Below, piece by piece: positions 15,575 through 28,240 of a stretch of DNA of 64,000 nucleotides; the stretch's first letter is position 1; every line of letters starts with the position of its first letter. The DNA lies in the NCBI RefSeq assembly GCF_006345805.1, contig NC_043013.1, positions 46,376,001 to 46,440,000 of the forward strand, in the 5' to 3' direction. Position numbers and translations under genes: made by a program. Below the pieces are notes generated by a model, which had not been told where the DNA came from, did no database searches, and worked only from the letters and a program-made list of their open reading frames with translations. This DNA comes from Octopus sinensis. Its lineage: Eukaryota.

Positions 15575-15815
15575 GTGCCGCAGCACCATCGACAACACAC
15601 TACACACACACGTACCAGGAATTAAAATTCCAATTCTCAAAGTGATTGGAATATTGAGTGAAAAGTTTCCTCGCTGCAAATGACGTGTGGCGATCTGGTG
15701 ACGATTGCATCACAAGCCAGTTGAAGTAAGTTTACGATAGTTTTCTGCCATGAGAAGGAGAGCTGGATGAAGCGTCGTTTTTCTTCTCTAGTACTCCACT
15801 TGAGACACCAGCGTC
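15575..15815. promoter_or_regulatory. CpG-retaining regulatory island with C/EBP-ATF (AARE) and CRE-like sites
   Basis: ATTGG 15645-15649, TGACGT 15681-15686, TGACG 15699-15703, ATTGCATCA 15704-15712, then a donor-like GAA|GTAAGT at 15726; unique sequence between (GA)n and (CT)n tracts. Confidence 0.5.
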
Positions 15816-15994
15816 TCCCTCACTCACTCACACTCTCTCTTCTCTCTCTCTCTGTCTATCTCTTGCTCGCTCGTTCATTCGCTCTATACACCCTCCCTCT
15901 CTTTTTTCTCTTCCTCCAACACGCTATTCTCTCACTCTCTCTCTCTCTCTCTGTGTCTTTCCCTCCTGCCACGCCAGATCGAGGCTGCTTTGCA

Positions 15995-16545
15995 CAGCAC
16001 TCCCATCTCCGACTCCCCACGTTCTCCCTCTCTCTCTGTCTCCTATCTCTCTCTCTCTCTCTCCCGTCCTCCTCTCTTTCTTTCAGTTTCTCCCATCTCC
16101 GACTCCCCACGTTCTCTCTCTGTCTCCTATCTCTCTCTCTCTCTCTCCTCTGTCTCCTATCTATCTATCTCTCTCCTGTCCTCCTCTCTTTCAGTTTCTC
16201 CCATCTCCGACTCCCCACGTTCTCCCTCTCTCTCTGTCTCCTATCTCTCTCTCTCTCTCTCCCGTCCTCCTCTCTTTCTTTCAGTTTCTCCCATCTCCGA
16301 CTCCCCACGTTCTCTCTCTGTCTCCTATCTCTCTCTCTCTCTCTGTCTCCTATCTATCTATCTCTCTCCTGTCCTCCTCTCTTTCAGTTTCTCCCATCTC
16401 CGACTCCCCACGTTCTCTCTTTATCTCTCTCTCTCTCTCTCTCCTATCTCTCTCTCTCTCTCTCTCTCCTATCTCTCTCTCTCTCTGTCTCCTATCTATC
16501 CTTCTCTCCCGTCCTCCCCTCTTTCTTTCAGTCTCTCCCATCTTT
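15995..16545. repeat. Pyrimidine-rich tandem repeat, about 90-108 bp units, dimeric higher order
   Basis: cccatctccgactccccacgttctc at about 16002, 16092, 16200, 16290 and 16393. Confidence 0.92.
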
Positions 16546-17149
16546 CTCTCCATTCCCCCCGTTTCTCACTGTTTTTTTTCTTCTTCCTTTTCCTTCCTCC
16601 TCACCACCATCCCGCGCGTCACCTTGCACTACCACGCGCCCACCTCCACCACCACCACTGCACATCTGTGACTGTCCGTACCGTTACCATTAGTAACTAC
16701 CATCACCAGCGTTACTACGGTCAGAATGTAACATGACTACCATCATCATCATCATCATCAACAACAACAGCTCTATAACTTCTATATCACTACACTACCA
16801 CAACCACAATTATTATCATCATCATCATCAACATCGTCATCACCGCCACAACATCGCATCCCAACAAAACAAGCTCACTCAATAACGACCACAAACATCA
16901 CTATAGTATCCTTCCTTTCATCATCATCATCATCATCAACCATTACAACCAAATCTTTATGGGGGGGACCACTCGAAGTGCTAGAAATAGCAGCCAAATA
17001 TTCTTCGAATCACACCACAGCAAAAGACGCATATAGGATAAGGAAAATAAAATGTGATAATCACGGCTGGAATGGTTCTTGACCATATGTCCGGTTGAAA
17101 TGGTGGTAATGGTCAACACTACTACCATCATAACAGCCATGAGTCAAAA

Positions 17150-17365
17150 GGAGCCTCTGCATGATAATTTGATCTGCTAGAAATAACACTCAAAGTTCTC
17201 TCAAACATTGTATCCGCTTAAAAGAAACATAAAAGCATATTGGATAACGTTGTCAGATGTGCGTCAAGGTTAGAAAGAAAAAAAGAACAGGATGGTCACG
17301 GTTGGAATGCTTTAGATTAAAAATTTAACCGATTAGGGCTGATCTGGGGGTTAAACAATAACAAA
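17150..17365 (+). mobile_element. Old dispersed SINE-like repeat (family 5)
   Basis: ctgctagaaataacac...attggataacgttgtc...caggatggtcacggttggaatgc...agggctgatctgggggttaaacaataac. Confidence 0.75.
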
Positions 17366-17567
17366 AAAAAATCTATGATCGTCAGCAAACGCTTCCCCCA
17401 CCACTACAAAAACACCCACCTCCACATCTATCGGTAACATCACTTCCGCCTTCATCACCCATATCGCCGTTAGCACCACCTTCGTCGTTGCCATCACAAC
17501 AACCGTCATCGCAACCACCATTACAACCACTACTACTAATACTACTACTACCAGTAGGTGGTCAATG

Positions 17568-17628
<61 letters not shown>

Positions 17629-18011
17629 GAGTATTTGTGTTTGTGTGTTGGTTAATTCAGCTCAGCAGCGACTACAACAGCTGGCTCTGTGTGCAGCCAG
17701 CATCAGTGAACTCCTCCACACCAGGTGTGTGTGTGTGTGTGTGTGCATGTGTGTGCGCGCGCGTGCACCAGTGACAACTTCTCACAGTTAAGGTAGGACT
17801 TCTTTGATTTATCTCCTAACAAGACAACTAACCAAAAGTCGTTTAAAAACAGGCCAAAACAAGACATGGCAGAAATAACAGCAGAGTATTTCAGTTTAAA
17901 TTCACACAGTCTAACATCGACCCTCCAAGTTCACGTTTCACGGGTGTTGATTTTTGCTTATCAGCTATGAAGGGGTCATAAAAAAAAGTATCAATTAATT
18001 CGATATGCTAT

Positions 18012-18175
18012 ATATTTCTTTACTACCCACGAGGGGTTAAACACAGAGGGGACAAACAAGGACAGACAAACGGATTAAGTCGATTACATCGACCCCAGTG
18101 CATTACTGGTACTTAATTTATCAACCCCGAAAGGATGAAAGGCAAAGTCGACCTCGGCGGAATTTATAATTCAAT
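18012..18175 (-). mobile_element. SINE family 2, 3' half
   Basis: tatttctttactacccacgaggggttaaacacagaggggacaaacaaggacag...gtcgacctcggcggaattt is the reverse complement of about 37880-38038. Confidence 0.88.
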
Positions 18176-18232
18176 ATGCTATAATCACTGTGGGTAGCTA
18201 ACAGGCAGAGAACTGGACAGAGTGCTTGATGC

Positions 18233-18857
18233 CAGTGGTTCTCACCTGGGGTCCATATAGGAAGGGGAAAGTCTGGGGATCTACAGTAGTGTGTCAAGGG
18301 TCCTACTCTTTTACTTGTTTCAGTCGTTTGACTGTGGCCATGCTGGAGCACCGCCTTTAGTCGAGCAAATCGACCCCAGGACTTATTCTTTGTAAGCCTA
18401 GTACTTATTCTATTGGACTCTTTTTGCCGAATCGCTAAGTCACGGGGATGTAAACACACCAGCGATGTTGGGGAGACAAACACAGACACACAAACATATA
18501 TATATATATATATATACATATATACAACAGGCTTCTTTCTATCAAATCCGCTCACAAGGCTTTGGTCGGCCTGAGACTATAGCAGAAGACACTTGCCCAA
18601 GGTGCCACGCAGTGGGACTGAACCCAGAACTGTGTGGTTGGTAAGCAAGCTACTTACCACACAGCCACTCCTGCGCTTATGGAAAAATTTTGCAAAAAAC
18701 AGCTAGGTTTCTTTCTGTAACTGAAACATGTTCCCTCAGGGAGTCTCCACGAGTGAATGTGGCAAAACAAAATAGGGATTTTGAAAGAAGTCTTTTTAAA
18801 CATTGAATGTCTAGTAATCAAAGGGGTCCACAGGTAAATAATGGTTGATAACCATTA
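18233..18857. mobile_element. hAT/Charlie-like MITE interrupted by a SINE
   Basis: Left end cagtggttctcacctggggtcc and right end ggggtccac...ggttgataaccatta resemble CAGTGGTTCTCAACC-type TIRs; TSD not preserved. Confidence 0.6.
18304..18678 (-). mobile_element. tRNA-derived SINE family 1 with CORE-like domain (cf. octopus OR-type CORE-SINEs), near full length
   Basis: Minus strand reads gcgcaggagtggctgtgtggtaag (A box)...gggttcagtccc (B box)...ccttgggcaagtgtctt (CORE-like), internal (TA/CA) tract and A-rich tail; at least four other copies in the window. Confidence 0.88.
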
Positions 18858-19352
18858 CCTATGGTTATTCTTTCTCTCTGAACTCAATGTTGCTGATATT
18901 AAATTCATATTTTGGTTTTGATAAACCAGCAGTGGCATTGATTTTTTCCCTCTCCGGAACAAATTAGTTGTGACCAAACCTGAAAAGGGATGGGCTTTAG
19001 CAATTCAAAGGGTCCAACACACGCTACATGTATATAAATAGATGGGGAGGCCCAAGGAAGGAAGGAACCATTTTGCATGGTTCTGAGCCAGTATATGGAA
19101 CCATTTGACATATAAACAAGAGTCAATCTTAGTGTCCACATCACCAATAGCAACCAAATCTCATTGAAATCAAATCCTATCTTTTAAAACAGGAAGGACA
19201 TATTGGATAATGTAGTCCTAAATATGCTTGGTAGTCTGAACAATAACATGAAAGTATCATGAGAGGAATGTCACTGAACAGACATGGGTCTAAACTACAC
19301 TTGTACCAACAACAATCAACTATGTAGTAGACACATGTACCCCTTTTTTTAA

Positions 19353-19570
19353 CCCTTTTGATACCAACTAGCCTGGGGAAACCCCGCTGAGCTCTATGAT
19401 ACAAATTCCTCATTCTTAAAGTGATGAACATTAAAAACCTTCCATTTAAAATTCCATGTTCCAAACACTAGCTTAATAACGACAAATTTGTTTTACTAAA
19501 TTCTTTCTTATTCCAAAAGTTTTTGAAACCAAGGCAATGCAATTTCAACAGAAATATGGTAACAAAAGGG
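19353..19570. mobile_element. piggyBac-like MITE
   Basis: TTAA|cccttttgatacca ... tggtaacaaaaggg|TTAA: CCC/GGG termini, 14-bp imperfect TIR, TTAA target on both sides. Confidence 0.85.
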
Positions 19571-19988
19571 TTAAAAGAACTGGGGAGAGGTGGCACAGGG
19601 TGGGAGCTAGTAGTGTGTTTTGGTTAGCAGCAACAAATAGGTGGGGTTTTTTTTTCCATGAAGTTAAAATAAAAAATGGAGGATTTTGAAGAAATCATCA
19701 GCAGTATGATGTAGTTTCACTTTCAAAAGTAGATACAATATTGACTGACAATATTGTCTCTTGAAGAATAATGTTCAAAATATTTTACCAAAAGGCACAC
19801 ACACACACACGACATGAGTGTACACACCTAAATACACATATACATTCACACACACTGAGAAATGAGCAAAAAAGTTGTATTTAGGGAATATATATATATA
19901 TGTATATATATATATATTTATTTATGTAGACATATCTATACATATATCCACATATATAAATACATATATGCATATACACATAAATAGG

Positions 19989-20021
<33 letters not shown>

Positions 20022-20346
20022 AAAGAAAAGAAAAGCTTTTGTAAATAACAATGAGCATTGGCTATGAACAGAGCCAGAATGTAAAAATACAATGAAGAGT
20101 TGAAGAATAGATAAATAAATAAATAAATAAATATCACAATAGCTAACAATTAATATAAAAAAACAGAAGTGCATGTGTATATATGTATGCACGTATATAT
20201 ACACACACACGCATGCACACATGCACATATACTCTGTATTTGTTTTATATTTATATAGAGGTATGCATATATATATATATTTATATTGTTTGTGCATGCA
20301 CATTATATATAATATAATATATATATATATTATATATATATATTAT

Positions 20347-20429
<83 letters not shown>

Positions 20430-20446
20430 ATATATATATATATATA

Positions 20447-20527
<81 letters not shown>

Positions 20528-20721
20528 CACTTATATTTTTGTTTATATTTATATTTCTGTGCGTATGTGTGTGCATACATACACATGCATATATGCTTAT
20601 ATGTGTAAATATATGTACATTCATCTACAAATGCATTAAATGTGTAGATATAAATACACACACACACATATATTATATACACACACATGCAAACATCTAT
20701 AAATAGATATAAATATATGTG

Positions 20722-20778
<57 letters not shown>

Positions 20779-21435
20779 TACTTAAATCTCAGTTCTTATA
20801 AGTATGCGCATGTGAAAGGAGAGTACAGCGAAAAAACAACTGGCAGATATATAATACTAACGGGAGGTTAAAAAAAAAACGTGAAAAGCCATGGAATCTT
20901 AGAATAAAGGTAAATAAGTTGAAAAAGAAGAAATTGGAAAAAAAAGATGGAGGTAAGGAAAGAAAAAAATGAAGACGGAAAGAAAGAAGGGAAAAAACGT
21001 GATTGCTAAAAGTCAGAAAGAGCATTTGAAAGTGGAAAAAAAAAACAAAAAAAAACGGTAGACAAGTGAATAAACATATAAATATATATATATTTGTATA
21101 TATGAATGAGTAAATATACAACTGTAAAAATATTGTGTGGAAGCAGAGAGTGAGTGTGAAATTGGAGAGTTGAGGAAGAATATCTGTAGTGTGTGTTGGA
21201 GAGAGATGATGTAAGGAATAAGTATAGAGACGAGGGAAATTGTATTTGTGGCAATAAGAATGAATTTGTTTTAAGTGTTAAAATGTGTTGAAAAGGCGGG
21301 GAAAAATAAGGAAGAGAGTTAGAGAGGAAAGTGAGACTTGTGTATTGAGGAGGGTAAGAGTTACAATGCTGCTGGTGGTGGTGGTGGCGGTGGTGGTGGT
21401 GGTGGTGCTGGGGGAACTGGTGTGTTGTAGAATCT

Positions 21436-21870
21436 TTTATCCACTGCTACTTGTTTCAGTCACTAGACTGCGGCCACGCTGGGGCGCACCACCAAAAAGG
21501 GGATTTATAGTCAAATGAATCAATCCTGGCATTTTTTTTCCTTGTTTCTTTTTTTTGAAGCCTGATACTTATTCTATCGATCTCTTTTGCTGAACGGCTA
21601 AGTTATGGGGGTGTTAACACACCAACATTGACTGTGAAGCATTAGTGGGAAACAAACATACACACACAAACATAGATGTATATATATATATATGTGTGTG
21701 TGTGTGTATTTATGATGGGCTTCTTTCAGTTTCTGTCTTCCAAATCCACTAACAAGACATGCATTGGCTCAAGGCTTTTGTAAAAGACACTTGCCTAAGG
21801 TGCCCTGCAGTGGGACTGAACCTAGAACCATGTGGTTTGGAAGCAAGCTTCTTACCACACAGCCACACCA
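21436..21870 (-). mobile_element. SINE family 1 copy (older, CpG-eroded)
   Basis: Collinear with 18304-18678 from acttgtttcagtca to cttaccacacagccac. Confidence 0.85.
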
Positions 21871-22172
21871 GCAGCTAGAAAGGAGAGATATTTTTCTTAC
21901 TTTATTTTTTAATTGCTGCACTGAGAGGAAGGAACAGGGGCTGTACCAGTACCCTTCACAAGCTCACAGAGACAGGATGTAGTATGGAATCAGGGAAGAG
22001 AATGGTTAGAAGGGCAAGAGTGAAGAAGAAACTTGTGTGTAGAGAAAGATTACAATATGTAGAGGTAAAAATTCTTGAGGAAGACCAAAATATGTAGAGA
22101 TAAGATGAGCTGAAAGACACCGAGATATATTGACATAAGGTGTACGTAAACATACAGAAAGAGGACCTAAAT

Positions 22173-22510
22173 ATCCTTTCTATTACAGGTACAAGGCTCG
22201 AATTTTGTGGGGAGGAGGGTAAGTCAATTAAATTGACCCCAGTGATTGACTAGTACTTAATTTATTGACCCCCGAAAGGATGAATGGCAAAGTCGACTGT
22301 AGCGGAATTTGAACTCAGAATGTAGGGACAGTTTGAAAGTGTGCTAATAGTTCTGCCAGTTCGCTGCCTTGACTAAATAATCCTTTCTACAATAGGCAGA
22401 AGGTCTGAAATTTGGCGGAAGGGGTTAGATGACTAGATCGACCCCCAGCGCTCCACTGGTACTTATTTCATTAACTCTGAAAGAATGAAAGGCAAAGTCA
22501 ACCTCAGCCA
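22173..22510 (-). mobile_element. Two adjacent SINE family 2 copies
   Basis: atcctttctattacagg...gaaaggatgaatggcaaagtcgac...gaactcagaa...ctgccagttcgctgcctt, then a second truncated copy from about 22378. Confidence 0.8.
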
Positions 22511-23668
22511 TGACTAAATAATAAGAGATGAGTTGTGCCTAGGGAAAGGGAGAGACAAAGAGGATGTGAAGAAACAAGGTGTGCCAAGGGAAAGAGAGGC
22601 AGTAAGGTGCACAGACAAGATGTTTGTAGGGGCTACAATCGGTAGATGTAATACATTTGTGGAGAGTCTACTTTGCATAGAATGGTTAAGTCTTCAGTTT
22701 GAGGATATCTTTGTCCCTCCTTCCCATAAGTCTCAGAGGCCCCTAAGAAGGTTCAAGGGCATCGGCTTGTCCCTCCTGACAGATTAAGAAAAAGAAGGAT
22801 TAATTGAAGAGATGGTGGTGTAGGTGCATGTATAGGGAAGGAACAGGGTGTTGTGGTGGCAAAGATAACTGTGTTGAGGGGTATTTTATAGTCAAGAAGT
22901 AAGGACGAGGGCAGTGCAGGAGAGGTAGCAATGCAGGGATTGGGTCAGGAGAGAGCTATGTAAACAAGGATTGCAGTGTATGGGGTAAAGAAGAAAGCGG
23001 TACAGGGTTTGGGTTGGGGTCTGCAGTGTAGAAGGTAAAAAAAGAGAACTGTGTAGATGGGGGATTGCCGTGTAGTAAGGAAAGCGAGCTGTGTGGGGAG
23101 TGACTGCAGACTCGAAGGTTAAGAAAGAAGGGTTCTTTAGTGAGGAAGTAGCCGGTAGAAGGAAGTGTACAGAGGCAAAGTTAATGAAGGAAGCGTGTAA
23201 AAAGGGGAAGAAGAAGAAATAGAAGTGGAGTGCATGATCATGTTGAAATAGGGGGAGAGGGTGTGTCAGCAAAGTGGTAGAGCAAAAGGGGAGAATAAAT
23301 ACGTGTGGGTGTGAATGTGTGATAATATAATATTTAGAAGGGGGGGAACAAGGTATGAAAAACAAAATTGGATGGGTGGGGTGGGTGATTGTATGTGTAT
23401 AGGGTGGAGAAGGGAGATGAGTGACTGCACTCATCTGTGTGTGCAAACACAATTTATACACATTTATAATGCGCGGCGAGCGCGCGCGCGCGTGTGTGTG
23501 TGTATATATGTATGTATATACTTAAATGCAGAAAAGTACGTATATTGTTTTTATTGAGAGGGTTTCTCTGCTGTGGAAAATTGTGTGCGTGTGGACATGC
23601 ACTGCTGTAAAAGGAGAAGCGTATGTACAAATAGACGGAAGTGTGTGTTTATTTGAAGAGAGGTTGTA

Positions 23669-23706
<38 letters not shown>

Positions 23707-23859
23707 TATTATTAAAGGGTTGTGAGTGAAGCAGGGAGGTGTGTATGTATGCGTGTTGAACATAAAAAGTGGATATACTTCGTGAATGTGTGCGGGGAGC
23801 GGGGGGGGGAGAGTCGCTAGTGTGCATGAATGAACATGCGGCTGAGAAGTGTGTGTGTG

Positions 23860-24790
23860 TGTATGAGAGACAGAGAAGATGTGTGTGTGCATGCGTGCGT
23901 GTGTGTGTGTGTATATGAGAGACAGAGAGGATGTGTGTGTGCATGCGTGCGTGTGTGTGTGTATGTGTATATGAAAGACAGAGAGGATGTGTGTGTGCAT
24001 GCGTGCGTGTGTGTGTGTGTATATGAGAGACAGAGAGGATGTGTGTGTGCATGCGTGCGTGTGTGTGTGTGTATGTGTATATGAAAGACAGAGAGGATGT
24101 GTGTGTGCATGCGTGCGTGTGTGTGTGTATGTGTATATGAAAGACAGAGAGGATGTGTGTGTGCATGCGTGCGTGTGTGTATGTGTATATGAAAGACAGA
24201 GGATGTGTGTGTGCATGCGTGCGTGTGTGTATGTGTATATGAAAGACAGAGGATGTGTGTGTGCATGCGTGCGTGTGTGTATGTGTATATGAAAGACAGA
24301 GGATGTGTGTGTGCATGCGTGCGTGTGTGTATGTGTATATGAAAGACAGAGGATGTGTGTGTGCATGCGTGCGTGTGTGTATGTGTATATGAGAGACAGA
24401 GAGGATGTGTGTGTGCATGCGTGCGTGTGTGTGTGTATGTGTATATGAAAGACAGAGAGGATGTGTGTGTGCATGCGTGCGTGTGTGTGTGTATGTGTAT
24501 ATGAGAGACAGAGAGGATGTGTGTGTGCATGCGTGCGTGCGTGTATGTGTATATGAGAGACAGAGAGGATGTGTGTGTGCATGCGTGCGTGTGTGTGTGT
24601 ATGTGTATATGAAAGACAGAGAGGATGTGTGTGTGCATGCGTGCGTGTGTGTATGTGTATATGAAAGACAGAGGATGTGTGTGTGCATGCGTGCGTGTGT
24701 TGTATGTGTATATGAAGACAGAGGATGTGTGTGTGCATGCGTGTGTGTGTGTGTATATGAGAGACAGAGGGGATGTGCGTGTGCGTGCGT
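23860..24790. repeat. Minisatellite, about 50-56 bp unit, roughly 17-18 copies
   Basis: Unit ga(a/g)agacaga(ga)ggatgtgtgtgtgcatgcgtgc(gt)n atgtgtatat; explains the 381-535 aa His/Thr-rich pseudo-ORFs. Confidence 0.97.
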
Positions 24791-26183
24791 GCGTGTATGT
24801 GTATGTAAACGCTTGGAAGGAGCCAAATACGTTACGAAAGTGAAAGTATAGATGCTGTGGGCACAAGAGAAAGGAATGAAGATGTGAGTGAGAGAGAGAG
24901 AGAAAGAAAGAGAGATGGGGGGGGAAGGAGAGAGACTGGAAGTGTAACGTATCCAACCGCACCCCGGCTTTTTTTCTATCATTCTTTCTTTCTTTTTTTT
25001 TCTTTTCAGAGAGTATGTTGCTGCAGTTAGTTCGTAATCGTATGATATGTGTGTATGTAGGAGTATTTTTAGTGAAAGAATTGGGGGGGGGGAAATTATA
25101 TCAACGTAGATAGATACAAGACTTAACACTAACAGTGCTGTTTATAGACATGCATGACAGACACAAGAAGGGAGGGGAAAAAAATACGGGTCGTCATAAG
25201 AAATAAATAAGACAGGTTATACGACAGGTATTACAACATTTTTTTTTTTTTTTGTAATGTTTATGTGTTGTTATAAATGCTTGTATTTTAATCTGTGCAA
25301 CTGGCATTAAAACCTGGGCAAATACGGTTACACCAAGACAGCAGACACTAGCTAAACATAAGCATCCACAATTATATATATATATATATATATACACATA
25401 CATACAAACACACATACACGTACATATAAACACAAGCATATTTTCATACATATTCTTAACTATACACATACAAACACGATACACAACAAATATCTCGCAT
25501 ATATATATATAATATATATATATATAATATATATATAGGTATATATATATATATATATAGGTATATATATATAGGTATATATATATAGGTATATATATGG
25601 TTGCATATAATCGACACATGGACACACATGCAGGTTGATATTACATATACATACATAAATGCGTGCACGTATCATTATCAAATATTTATACAGGTACAAA
25701 TATGCACATACACATATAATCAAAGACACATACGCACACAAACAAATATATAAACATACATACATACAGCAACATATATATATGTATATATACATATATA
25801 CGTAAACATACATACTAAGACATATATACACCTGGTGCCAAGTGGATAAAATCTCCGTCGTCCAGGAATCAGACGCAAAAATAAGTAAGTATATACTATG
25901 AGGATGTTTATAATAGTTAGATGAGAAGGTACCTTCTATGTACCTGGAACTTCTCTACAGTAACAAACACGAGTTAGGAAGATTTTGGAATATCGGCCAA
26001 CTAAAAACTATACATCAAAATGCCTGGGAAAACTCAAGACAGGACATGCAAACCAACAATCTAATAGTAACATCTCTTCCACGTGCACCAAAAAAAAAAC
26101 CCATTTATGAGAGAGAGAGAGTGAGAGAGAGAGAGGGGGGGTTGCGTGTTTCGTTGCGTGTATGCGGTGGCGGTGGTGGGTCA

Positions 26184-26299
26184 TTTATTGCAAGCGAAAA
26201 ATAAAACCGCAAAATGTTACTCCGAGCTTCACATTATTATCCGATCCGGCGAAAATCGGGATGTGAAGCAATTTGAGAAAGTTTTCGGCTTGCAATAAA
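26184..26299. other. Nested stem-loop in CpG-retaining unique sequence
   Basis: tttattgcaagc/gcttgcaataaa, gcttcacat/atgtgaagc and ccgat/atcgg pair in nested order. Confidence 0.6.
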
Positions 26300-27043
26300 A
26301 TCTGATACACTATATATTACACTCTATTTTAGTATTGAGTACTGTTTTCTTTTTTTATTCTACTCATACGCATTTATATGTTTGATACATACACACACAT
26401 TTCAATACATATACGTGTGTGTGTATACATATATACATATATATATACTTATACATACATATATATATGCAATATAGATGTGTGAGTGCACACGGGTGTA
26501 TTTCTAATTATACATGCACACGATACTTATAAGCATACAAACATACTTATATGTGAATTTACATAAAGAGTAGATATTTCAACACATAAACTTACACACA
26601 CACACACACACATACATAAAAACACACAAACACGCAATAAAAATGAAGGTTATCTGAGGTGTTTTTGCTAGTTGAAAATCATTACCCTTAACCACCTGAT
26701 ATGGCTGGCCTTGTGCCAAAATTTGAAATAATTATTAATATTATTATTATTATTATTATTATTATATTATTATTATTATTGAAAGTGGCTTGGATGTTCT
26801 GCTAAAGGCCGGCTTTCCGAGCCCTCTCAAAGTTGGAAAATCTAGCCCTTCCTTTGTGAGAACTGGAAGTAAATTTTTTTTCAAAATGAATATTCTACTC
26901 CACAATTTTACAACAATTCTTGTATTTACATCTAGCGTTTGCATCCTTTTTAAAATAAACACACCACACCAAACCAAACCATACCACACATACATACATG
27001 AATGTAAAAACAAAGACATCACTGGATGCAATACTATATACAG

Positions 27044-27076
<33 letters not shown>

Positions 27077-28079
27077 TACATACATACATACGGACACACA
27101 CACACGCACAGACACATAGAAACATATGTAGACAGGTGCACGCACCTATGTCGCCCATACATCTTTTCAGCATATCTTGAATCTGTGTCTTTAGAGTCTC
27201 TTCTGGCAAAAATCCTTTCTCTTTTTTTAACCCCTTTCTGATCAGTGGCCTTCATGGCCTTGTTTCGATGATTTCTAATGGAAAAAAACAAATGGAAACA
27301 AAAAGAAAACCATTGGCAGTTGCAAAATTATTGTTTTCTTTTCGTATATGGTTATATATTAAATTAAGTATATACATATATATATGCGTATATATATATA
27401 TATATATATATATGGATAAATAGATATATAGATAATATTCATATATATATATATATATATATATCTGTATATTATGTTCATATATTATATACACACACAC
27501 ATATAAATATAATATTTGTATATATATCTGTATATTATGCTTATATATATTATACATATATATATTTGTAATATATATATGTCCATATATATATTTATTC
27601 ATATGATCATGTATATTTATATGTATATAATGAGCATATATGTATATGTACTTATATATATATCATGTGTACATACATACATATATATGTATATGTTTGT
27701 GTGTGTCTGCATGTGCAAATGTTATTACATAAAACATGTTTATCATCATTATTATCAGCATCATCATCATTATTATTATCATTATTATTATTATTACTGT
27801 AAACATATATGTGTGTGCATTTACCTATCATCTCATAACAAGAATACAGTTTTTCTTCTCTTTTTACTGTAGGGGTTTGATCAAGATATGGATATGTGAT
27901 TGCCAAGAAAGCAGCATTCTTATAAAGTGGTCTTTCAACAATGTCATTGGAATGAGGCAAAATATTTTAATCTTATACAACATATATATATAGTAACTGG
28001 TCAGCCTGTCACATGATTTACCTAATAACATTAACATACAATAAATGTGAGTACCTGAACGTCTGTGTCTCTGTATCTA

Positions 28080-28112
<33 letters not shown>

Positions 28113-28240
28113 CACACACACAGATGTACATATTCACATATATATATTTACATACTTATATTACATATACACACCTGACTTGCATACATGAGCATATATA
28201 TATATATATATATATAAATATATATATATATGTATGTGTA

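Noticed and set aside
15995-16545. CRISPR-like look of a recurring 25-bp word with spacers
   Set aside because: The spacers are themselves repeated low-complexity CT tracts, the context is eukaryotic and there are no cas genes
15767-16736. 308 and 248 aa Leu/Ser-rich ORFs
   Set aside because: Translations of the CT-rich tandem repeat
23522-25129. Long ORFs of 535, 395 and 381 aa rich in His/Thr
   Set aside because: All three minus-strand frames are open simply because the minisatellite lacks stops; no domain or codon structure
27850-27960. Plus-strand exon after a pyrimidine tract
   Set aside because: Acceptor-like site but no canonical GT donor and no recognisable peptide
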